Below are positions 56,861-64,000 of a DNA stretch of 64,000 nt, one piece after another. A program made the translations under genes and the position numbers. The stretch comes from an uncultured Candidatus Saccharibacteria bacterium (GTDB taxonomy: Bacteria > Patescibacteriota > Minisyncoccia > Phycocordibacterales > UBA9973). The number at the start of each line of letters is the position of its first letter. Within the stretch, counting starts at the first letter, position 1. Below the pieces are notes generated by a model. It was not told the DNA's origin and did not search any database. It worked only from the letters and a program-made list of their open reading frames with translations. The stretch spans positions 72,210-136,209 of the forward strand of contig CAZFNV010000001.1 in assembly GCA_964520225.1 (NCBI GenBank), given 5' to 3'.

Positions 56861-56890
56861 GGCTCTAGGCATTAGGCCCTAGGCACTAGC
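56861..56890. repeat. Left arm of an imperfect ~30-bp inverted repeat built of GCCTA/TAGGC units (GGCTCTAGGCATTAGGCCCTAGGCACTAGC). The right arm is at 57241-57273.
   Basis: The right arm is ~75% identical to the reverse complement of the left arm. A related unit array lies inside rsmA at 48589-48625. Confidence 0.55.
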
Positions 56891-56899
56891 TATAAATAC

Positions 56900-57259
56900 A
56901 TGAAGACTTACCAAGACTTGATAGTTTGGAAGAAATCTATAGAGCTAGTAATCGCTATATATAGCCTTACGGATAAATTCCCAAGAGAAGAAATATTTGG
57001 CATAACTTCACAAATCCGCCGAGCAGCAGTATCAATACCTTCAAATATCGCTGAAGGTAAAATGCGTGGCGGAAATATAGAATTAAAAAGGTTTCTGCTG
57101 ATCGCTTTTGCTTCGGGCGCGGAACTCGAAACTCAGCTTATAATAGCTAGAAAATTACCTAAAATGGTAAATTTAGATTATAATAAAGTGGATCCTCTTT
57201 TAAATGAGGTTATGAGGATGTTAAATAAAATGATTACTCAGCTAGAGCCTAAAGCCTAG
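56900..57259 (+). CDS. Four-helix-bundle protein of the 23S rRNA intervening-sequence protein family
   Basis: YQDLIVWKKSIELVIAIYSLTDKFPREEIFGITSQIRRAAVSIPSNIAEG...ASGAELETQLIIARKL closely matches the family consensus as I remember it. Confidence 0.8.
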   Translation: MKTYQDLIVWKKSIELVIAIYSLTDKFPREEIFGITSQIRRAAVSIPSNIAEGKMRGGNIELKRFLLIAFASGAELETQLIIARKLPKMVNLDYNKVDPLLNEVMRMLNKMITQLEPKA

Positions 57260-57273
57260 TTGCCTAGCGCCTA
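57241..57273. repeat. Right arm of the inverted repeat flanking the four-helix-bundle ORF (GCTAGAGCCTAAAGCCTAGTTGCCTAGCGCCTA)
   Basis: Seen in sequence. Confidence 0.55.
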
Positions 57274-57276
57274 CTC

Positions 57277-57696
57277 ATGCAATTTAAAGTTCCACAATTT
57301 TTGGATATAGAAGATAAAATTTTCGGACCATTTACTTTCCGAGAATTTGTATACCTCGCTGGTGGGGCAGGGCTGTGTTTCGTACTTTACCGCTTGCTCG
57401 GGCTATATGGTGGAGCAATACCAATAATAATCATAGCCGGATTTTCTTTAGCCTTAGCATTTTACAAACCCAACAATAAGCCATTTATAGAAATGCTACA
57501 AGCAGGGAGTAAATATATGCTACAGAGCAAGTTGTACATATGGCAGAGGAGACAAGAAGAGAGGAAAAGGCCACGCATAGAGAACACCGCCAACACCAGC
57601 ACGGAAGGTCGTAACCCCAGACTAACTGGAAGCAAGCTCCGCGACCTAGCCTGGAGCCTAGATGTATTAGATATGGAACAACATAAACACAGCTAA
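57277..57696 (+). CDS. PrgI-like (VirB3-like) small membrane protein of the T4SS-like system
   Basis: N-terminal VPQFLDIEDKIFGPFTFREFVYL followed by two TM segments; it lies immediately upstream of VirB4. Confidence 0.5.
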   Translation: MQFKVPQFLDIEDKIFGPFTFREFVYLAGGAGLCFVLYRLLGLYGGAIPIIIIAGFSLALAFYKPNNKPFIEMLQAGSKYMLQSKLYIWQRRQEERKRPRIENTANTSTEGRNPRLTGSKLRDLAWSLDVLDMEQHKHS

Positions 57697-57701
57697 TAAA
57701 C

Positions 57702-58340
57702 ATGGCCTTAAGCGCAAAGAGAACTCAAGAGTTTGTGCCTATCCGCGAAATCCGTGACGGTATCGTGGTCTTGAAAGATGACAGCCTGCGTGCACTAGTA
57801 CTCGCGAACTCAGTCAATCTATCTTTAAAATCTGCTGATGAGCAAAAAGCCACGATCCTCCAATTCCAAAACTTTCTAAACACTCTGGACTTTCCGGTTC
57901 AGATATCTGTGCAATCCAGGCGCCTCGACATAGGTCCATACTTGATGCTACTCGAAAACCGACTCAAGGTGCAGACCGAGCCTCTACTCAAACTTCAGAC
58001 CAAAGAATACATCGAATTTATAAAGAATTTCACCGAGTCGGTAAGCATAATGACAAAGAGCTTTTTTATAGTGGTACCCTATACTCATGTAAACATACCA
58101 AAACCAAGCGGTGGAATGTTCAGCTTCTTCTCACGACCTAGTGCTGACGAAAAACGCATGAACGAGAAAGCTGAGTTTGAAGAGAAACGTTCCCAGCTTG
58201 AGCAAAGAGTGGGCGTAATACAAAGCGGGCTCGGTAGATGTGGAATAAAGTCTGTCCAGCTAGGCACTGAAGAGGTGATAGAAGTGTTTTACAAAGTTTT
58301 CAACCCGGGACAGACAGAAGGGCATATTAAGTTGGAGTAG
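57702..58340 (+). CDS. VirB4/PrgJ-like ATPase, N-terminal domain fragment (the gene is split; continues at 58376)
   Basis: EFVPIREIRDGIVVLKDDSLRALVLANSVNLSLKSADEQKATILQFQNFLNTLDFPVQI matches the VirB4 N-domain pattern. Confidence 0.6.
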   Translation: MALSAKRTQEFVPIREIRDGIVVLKDDSLRALVLANSVNLSLKSADEQKATILQFQNFLNTLDFPVQISVQSRRLDIGPYLMLLENRLKVQTEPLLKLQTKEYIEFIKNFTESVSIMTKSFFIVVPYTHVNIPKPSGGMFSFFSRPSADEKRMNEKAEFEEKRSQLEQRVGVIQSGLGRCGIKSVQLGTEEVIEVFYKVFNPGQTEGHIKLE

Positions 58341-58375
58341 TAGATAGCGTGCTAGTATATATCTAAACAAAAACG

Positions 58376-60214
58376 ATGGGGATACTTGATAAAATTTTAG
58401 GAAGAAAGCCAATAGACGACACATTAAATGCGTCCACTTTAGCCGTTCTGCCGGAAGAAATATATGAATCGGCGAATCTCGAGCTTCAAGACGTCATAGC
58501 TCCCTCTGCGCTGAAAATTGATTCGAAATCCATCAACCTGGGGGACAAAATAGCCCGCACATTTTTCATAATTTCTTATCCTAGATTCCTAACCGACAAC
58601 TGGTTCTCGCCAGTTATTAACTTGGATAAGGTTTTTGATATCTCCATATTCATCCACCCTATAGACACCTCACTGGTATTGCGACAATTCCAGAAAAAAG
58701 TGGCCGAGGTGCAAAGTCAGATCAATGTTCGAGAGGCGAAAGGAATGGTACGCGACCCAATGCTCGACACGGCATATCAGGATCTCGAAAGTCTGCGCGA
58801 CAACTTAATTCAGGCCCAAGAAAAAATGTTCGATGTGGGTGTGTATATCACCATATACGCAGACAGCGAGCTAGAATTATTCAAAATCGAGACAGAGATC
58901 AAGTCTATGCTCGAAGCTAAACTTATCTATATAAAACCAGCCCTTTTCCAGCAAGAAGACGGCTTCAAGAGTGTGATGCCTACCAACACTGACATTTTAA
59001 ACATCAACCAGAAACTTAATTCTGAACCTTTGTCTAGTATATTTCCATTTGTATCTTTCGACCTCACTTCTGACAAAGGAATACTCTACGGGGTAAATAG
59101 ACACAACTCTAGTTTGGTCATATTCGACCGTTTTTCATTAGAAAATTACAACTCTATTATTTTTGCCAAGTCCGGCTCTGGTAAATCATATACTACAAAG
59201 TTAGAAATACTGCGCAGTCTAATGTTCGATATTGATGTCATGGTGATAGACCCAGAACGCGAATACGAATTCCTGTCCGAAGCTGTGGGTGGGAGGTATT
59301 TCAACATCTCTATTTCATCAGATCACCATATGAATCCTTTCGACCTGCCGATACCTCGCGAAGACGAAACAGCAGAGGACGTGCTCCGCTCTAATATCAT
59401 TAGCCTAGTCGGTCTCTTTCGCATAATGCTCGGAGGGCTAACACCAGAGGAAGACTCTATGATAGACCGCGCCATCTCAGAAACATACGCGATGAAGGAC
59501 ATCACTCCTGATTCAGATTTCCGCAACATAGAACCGCCCCTGCTTTCCGACTTTGAAATGGTGCTCGGGGGTATGGAGGGAAGTGAATCTTTGCTCTCGC
59601 GTCTGACTAAATACACGCGTGGTTCTTGGGCAACATTCCTCAACCGACCGTCCAATGTGGATATTGATAAAAAATTCGTAGTGTTCTCAATCCGCGACAT
59701 GGAAGACGAGCTCAAACCGGTAGCTATGTATATCATCATGCACTACATCTGGAACGCTGTCCGTAAAAACCTGAAGAAGCGCCTCTTGGTGGTGGATGAG
59801 GCTTGGTGGATGATGAAGTCGGAGGACACGGCATCTTTCCTATACTCCATAGCTAAACGCGGAAGAAAATATTATCTAGGCCTGGCCACTATTACTCAAG
59901 ATGCGGCTGACTTTATGAACTCTCCATACGGGGTACCGATAATTACCAACTCTTCCATCCAAATATTACTGAAGCAGTCAGCAACGACCATTGATGTACT
60001 CCAGAGAACCTTCAACCTTACAGATGAAGAAAAATATCTATTATTGGAATCAAACGTAGGAGAGGGTATATTCTTCGCCGGCACTAAACACGTAGCAATA
60101 AAGATGATCGCTTCCTACACCGAAGACCAGATAATAACCTCCGACCCATCCCAAATACTATCTACTCGTAAAGCAAAAGAAGAACACGAGGAAGTAGAAA
60201 TGAACTCCAGGTAG
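58376..60214 (+). CDS. VirB4/TrbE-like T4SS ATPase, C-terminal ATPase part
   Basis: Walker A AKSGSGKS, Walker B LLVVDEAWWMM and the TITQDAADF region. Confidence 0.75.
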   Translation: MGILDKILGRKPIDDTLNASTLAVLPEEIYESANLELQDVIAPSALKIDSKSINLGDKIARTFFIISYPRFLTDNWFSPVINLDKVFDISIFIHPIDTSLVLRQFQKKVAEVQSQINVREAKGMVRDPMLDTAYQDLESLRDNLIQAQEKMFDVGVYITIYADSELELFKIETEIKSMLEAKLIYIKPALFQQEDGFKSVMPTNTDILNINQKLNSEPLSSIFPFVSFDLTSDKGILYGVNRHNSSLVIFDRFSLENYNSIIFAKSGSGKSYTTKLEILRSLMFDIDVMVIDPEREYEFLSEAVGGRYFNISISSDHHMNPFDLPIPREDETAEDVLRSNIISLVGLFRIMLGGLTPEEDSMIDRAISETYAMKDITPDSDFRNIEPPLLSDFEMVLGGMEGSESLLSRLTKYTRGSWATFLNRPSNVDIDKKFVVFSIRDMEDELKPVAMYIIMHYIWNAVRKNLKKRLLVVDEAWWMMKSEDTASFLYSIAKRGRKYYLGLATITQDAADFMNSPYGVPIITNSSIQILLKQSATTIDVLQRTFNLTDEEKYLLLESNVGEGIFFAGTKHVAIKMIASYTEDQIITSDPSQILSTRKAKEEHEEVEMNSR

Positions 60215-60250
60215 CTATATGCTATACTTAAATGGTGTATCTGGGTAGTT

Positions 60251-61255
60251 ATGAATATAGATTATTCTAAATCTTTCGTGCTAAAAATTTTCTTTATGCT
60301 CGTGGCCTTCGGAGGCTCGTATATGTTGAGCGGTTTTTATACGCACGCACAAATCGTAAGTGATGTTTATATAGCTACGATACCAGAAAATCCAGAGCCA
60401 GGAGAAGATGTAACGGTACAAGTAAGTAGTTACACTATCAATGTGGACGGCACACTGATAACCTGGTATGAAAATGGTAAACGAGTTTCCTCGGGGATTG
60501 GACTTAAGTCTCACTCAATGAAGGCTCCAGACTCAGGCAAAGAAACAACCGTTGTAGCAAGACTAGAGACGCTGGAAGATAGTGTTGATGTGTCAGTGGT
60601 AATTCGTCCTTCAGTGATGGTAATACTATGGGAAACTAGTGATTCATATGTGCCCCCTTTCTATAAAGGCAAGGCATTGCTGACTGCAGACAGCGCCGTG
60701 AAGATAGTGGCGATGCCAGAGATAGGCCAAGGAAGCACGCGAGTTAACCCGAAAAATATGGTTTACTCTTGGCGCAAGGATTATAGTAACGACCAGGAAG
60801 CCTCTGGCTATGGTAAAAATTATTTTATTTACACTAGCGACTATCTAGACCCATCGAGCTTCATAGAGGTATCAGCAACCACGGTGGCTGGAGATAAAAC
60901 ATCTTCTGGGGGGACAAATATAGGTACCTACCAACCAAAAGTTCTGTTTTATAAAGTTGATGAAGCACTAGGCACACTCTTTGAAAATGCACTAAAAAGT
61001 GGACACAGAATTGTAAATAAGGAAGTTGTGTTTGTGGCCCCGTATTTTATTTCACCGAGAGACTTGAGAATTCCGAGACTCGACTGGTCTTGGTATATTA
61101 ATGATTCCAGGATAATAAACGAGAACATCCAGCCAAACATCATCCCTCTACAAGTAGAGAGTGGTGTGTCCGGGATGTCTAAACTTAGAATTTTAATAGA
61201 GCACAGAGATAAATTAACCCAAACAGCAAATGGTGAAATACAGTTTGAATTCTAA
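60251..61255 (+). CDS. Secreted or membrane-anchored hypothetical protein
   Basis: N-terminal hydrophobic segment FVLKIFFMLVAFGGSYMLSGF. Confidence 0.45.
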   Translation: MNIDYSKSFVLKIFFMLVAFGGSYMLSGFYTHAQIVSDVYIATIPENPEPGEDVTVQVSSYTINVDGTLITWYENGKRVSSGIGLKSHSMKAPDSGKETTVVARLETLEDSVDVSVVIRPSVMVILWETSDSYVPPFYKGKALLTADSAVKIVAMPEIGQGSTRVNPKNMVYSWRKDYSNDQEASGYGKNYFIYTSDYLDPSSFIEVSATTVAGDKTSSGGTNIGTYQPKVLFYKVDEALGTLFENALKSGHRIVNKEVVFVAPYFISPRDLRIPRLDWSWYINDSRIINENIQPNIIPLQVESGVSGMSKLRILIEHRDKLTQTANGEIQFEF

Positions 61256-61256
61256 A

Positions 61257-62138
61257 ATGCGAAAATATATTTTATACATACTAATACTAGCAACATTTGT
61301 TGGGATATTCGGCCCAGTGGCGCGCATAGAAGCGCAAGGGGGGACAAGTGAGCCTTATAAACTACTTGCACCACTACCTTGTTCTAAGGACACACCGGGA
61401 TGCGAAAGCGGAAAACTGACAACATTTAACCCCACAAATGAAAATGGTTCTGCTTTAGGTAGCTATCTAAACCTTATAGTTCAGCTAGTTATAGGGATAT
61501 CCGCAATACTAGCTGTGGTTATGATAGTAATGGGAGGTATAGAATATATGGGTAGCGAGCTTATATCCAGTAAGGAGGCGGGAAAAGACAGGATTAAGGA
61601 CGCACTACTCGGGCTCTTGATAGCCCTCGGTGCATACGCACTATTGAACACAATCAACCCGAGTTTATTGAAAAGTAATATAAATATTCCTGATGCAAAG
61701 GTTACAGTAGTGGTAGACGATAGCGTGCCCCAGACACCAGTGGGCGGAAAATATAAAAACGGCATAGCGGAAAATACCCCCCTGACAGGCACTCCGACAC
61801 CATTACCACCAGGGGTTACTCTTAACGCAGCACAATGTACTTTCGTTGGACAGCGAGGATGCACGTCTACTATTGGCCTCAATATGAGTCAGGTGCAAGC
61901 AATACAGCGAGGATGTAATTGTAATATTGTTATAACTGGTGGTACAGAGTGGTGGCTACACGGAGGACAATCTGGCAGCACAACACACCAAAATGGTAGT
62001 TCAACTGTAGACTTAAGACCAAACCCTCAATTAAACGCATATCTCAGTGGGGGAAAACCTTTAGTACTAAACTCTCGATATCCTCCACCAAATGGACCTT
62101 ATTATTGGGAAGGAGATCATTGGCACATTGGCAGGTAA
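61257..62138 (+). CDS. Pilin-like (VirB2/TrbC-like) protein: a signal peptide, two hydrophobic helices and a Cys-containing C-terminal extension
   Basis: MRKYILYILILATFVGIFGPVARIEAQ signal, followed by LNLIVQLVIGISAILAVVMIVMGGIEY and ALLGLLIALGAYALL. The start is taken at the ATG at 61257. Confidence 0.45.
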   Translation: MRKYILYILILATFVGIFGPVARIEAQGGTSEPYKLLAPLPCSKDTPGCESGKLTTFNPTNENGSALGSYLNLIVQLVIGISAILAVVMIVMGGIEYMGSELISSKEAGKDRIKDALLGLLIALGAYALLNTINPSLLKSNINIPDAKVTVVVDDSVPQTPVGGKYKNGIAENTPLTGTPTPLPPGVTLNAAQCTFVGQRGCTSTIGLNMSQVQAIQRGCNCNIVITGGTEWWLHGGQSGSTTHQNGSSTVDLRPNPQLNAYLSGGKPLVLNSRYPPPNGPYYWEGDHWHIGR

Positions 62139-62148
62139 TTAAATTTTT

Positions 62149-63468
62149 ATGTCGCAAAGAAACTTTACACTTTTCATAATAACTCTCATCTTGGTAGTAG
62201 CCGGTATTTTTGGATTTTTATATTTTTATCAAGGTCAGAACCAGCAGCCAGGGGAGGGTGGTGGTACAAATTTCTTGTCTAGATTCAACCCTTTCGGTCA
62301 AAGTAACCCCGTAACCCCGACCCCAGAAGAGCCTATAGACATATCCGAACCAGAAACTCCGACTCTGGAAGTGCCACAACTACCAAGCAAGCTCACCCAG
62401 ATATCATCTGTGCCGGTGGCAGGTTATGAGATACTGATGCGAGAACGCCTGAAAGAGATGGTAGAAGTAGCGCCGAGTGAAGCCACACCCGCAACGTCCT
62501 CAACCTCAAAACCAGTAGCGCCTGCTACTGAATTAGTAACCAGCACACGTTATGTAGACCGAGCATCTGGCAATATTTATCAAACTTTCCTAGATCAAGT
62601 AGCTGAGAGACGATTCTCCACTACCACCATACCGAAGGTGTATGAGGCATATTTTGGCAATAAAAACTCTTCCGTAATACTGCGCTATTTAAAGACTGAC
62701 AACAAGACAATCCAGACATTCCAGGGCGCTGTGCCTAAGGAAATACTGGGCGCGGATGCAATGGAAAACGAGCTCACAGGCACCTTCCTACCAGAGGGAA
62801 TTACTGAAATGAGTATTTCGCCAGATGGAAGCAAGATGTTTTATTTGGTTAACGTTGGCGATGTAAGCGTCGGAACAACTTTAAACTTTGCGGACAATAA
62901 AAAAACGCAGATATTTGATTCGCCATTTACTGAATGGTTAGTACAATGGCCAAGCACTAATTTAATCACCCTCAATACTAAACCTTCAGCGTTTATAGAG
63001 GGCCATATGTATTCCTTAAATCCAACAAGTAAAAGCTTTAGTAGAACCCTGGGGGGCGTACTAGGGCTCACGACCCTCACTAGCCCGAGTGGTAAATCGG
63101 TGCTTTATGGCGACAGTAGCTTGTCTTTGAATATTTTAAGTATAGACAAAAACACCAGAACCCCAGCGGGCGTCCGAACACTACCAGAGAAGTGTGTGTG
63201 GGGTAGCGACAGCATAACCCTATACTGCGCTGTGCCAGTATTTCTAGAAGTAGGGCAGTACCCTGACAGCTGGTATCAAGGTGAAGTTTCATTCGCAGAT
63301 CAAATATGGAAAATAGACACAGTAAATGGGACCACTGATCTTATAATAGATACAACTCTGGACGGGAAAAACATAGATGCTATTAAGCTCGCACTAGATA
63401 AAGACAATAAATATATATTGTTTGTAAACAAAAAAGACTCTATGCTCTGGAAGCTGGATTTGGAATAG
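62149..63468 (+). CDS. Membrane-anchored hypothetical protein (439 aa) with a beta-rich ectodomain
   Basis: TM segment FTLFIITLILVVAGIFGFLYFY. Confidence 0.45.
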   Translation: MSQRNFTLFIITLILVVAGIFGFLYFYQGQNQQPGEGGGTNFLSRFNPFGQSNPVTPTPEEPIDISEPETPTLEVPQLPSKLTQISSVPVAGYEILMRERLKEMVEVAPSEATPATSSTSKPVAPATELVTSTRYVDRASGNIYQTFLDQVAERRFSTTTIPKVYEAYFGNKNSSVILRYLKTDNKTIQTFQGAVPKEILGADAMENELTGTFLPEGITEMSISPDGSKMFYLVNVGDVSVGTTLNFADNKKTQIFDSPFTEWLVQWPSTNLITLNTKPSAFIEGHMYSLNPTSKSFSRTLGGVLGLTTLTSPSGKSVLYGDSSLSLNILSIDKNTRTPAGVRTLPEKCVWGSDSITLYCAVPVFLEVGQYPDSWYQGEVSFADQIWKIDTVNGTTDLIIDTTLDGKNIDAIKLALDKDNKYILFVNKKDSMLWKLDLE

Positions 63469-63490
63469 CTCGAGAGTTTAGCTAGTTGGT

Positions 63491-63982
63491 TTATAGCTTT
63501 AAGCTATCGCCAATGTATTTAATAACCACCCGCCTAGTATTTCCTGCGCCTATGGACTCAGTTTCTAGATCTGGGGCGTCAGCTATAAATTCATGTATGA
63601 TCCTGCGCTCAAAAGCGGACATAGGGTCTACCTCAATATTTGATTTGAAATAGCGAGCTCGCTCAGACATCATATGAGCCACTGCACGGACACTATCGAT
63701 GCGCCTTTTTTGAAAATCATTTACGTCCACCAAAACACTTGCGCCAGGAAGCTCGCCCGGGGCAGGGGTTTCTGATTCTTTGGATTCAATAATCCTGCGA
63801 ACCAAGTGATTCAAGGCGTGGAGAGCCTCACCCTCGCGGGCAGTAAAGTGGTGTGGCTCGCTCACTTCAAGAGAAAATATAACACCGGAGTTTTTCTCCT
63901 CTATGGCCTCGATTTTATTCACTAAAATAGTGGTCTTTTCTACTAATTCTTTTATTAGATTTTCTATATCTTGTTTTTTCAT
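63491..63982 (-). CDS. jag: Jag/KhpB-like RNA-binding protein (KH plus R3H)
   Basis: ERRIIHEFIADAPDLETESIGAGNTRRVVIKY R3H motif. Confidence 0.7.
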   Translation of the reverse strand: MKKQDIENLIKELVEKTTILVNKIEAIEEKNSGVIFSLEVSEPHHFTAREGEALHALNHLVRRIIESKESETPAPGELPGASVLVDVNDFQKRRIDSVRAVAHMMSERARYFKSNIEVDPMSAFERRIIHEFIADAPDLETESIGAGNTRRVVIKYIGDSLKL

Positions 63983-64000
63983 AAAATTATATTTCTTCAG

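Noticed and set aside
1-64000. CRISPR arrays, rRNA genes and prophage integrase
   Set aside because: No regularly spaced direct repeats, no rRNA-like conserved stretches, and no integrase other than the housekeeping-type XerC/D were seen.

Overview
This window is low-GC (~38-40%) bacterial chromosomal DNA with densely packed housekeeping genes: nusA, ppa, tig-clpP, rny, hup, lexA, comM, serS, cca, xth, xerC/D, rpsO-NYN-pnp, uvrD/pcrA, a polyprenyl synthase with a UbiA fusion, and rsmA/ksgA. Small GIY-YIG, NYN and HicAB genes and a type-IV-secretion-like locus (TrbL/VirB6-like, PrgI-like, split VirB4, pilin-like) are also present. These features suggest a CPR/Patescibacteria-like organism; that is inference only. 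I found four tRNA genes by hand that the ORF track does not show: Gly-UCC, Pro-UGG, Arg-UCG and Gly-GCC. Two of them are overlapped by spurious track ORFs. The most unusual content is three patches of foreign-looking high-GC coding DNA (about 60-68% GC, GC-rich third codon positions): a metallopeptidase lipoprotein at 1875-2696, a paralogous pair of secreted membrane coiled-coil proteins at 37975-40959, and an in-frame ~140-bp patch inside uvrD. All sit within native-looking AT-rich promoters and terminators. Other notable points are a 19-nt direct repeat of the tRNA-Gly 3-prime end, a GC-rich candidate structured RNA, a LexA (Cheo-type) box in front of a lexA operon that carries an uncharacterised downstream gene, a 559-aa Cys-rich protein with duplicated zinc ribbons, an IVS-like four-helix-bundle ORF flanked by GCCTA-unit inverted repeats, an 89-bp duplication of the TrbL-like gene 5-prime end flanking an NYN/GIY-YIG/HicAB cassette, and widespread leaderless promoters. 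Everything below is read from the sequence by eye. No database searches were run, and protein family calls rest on recognisable motifs.
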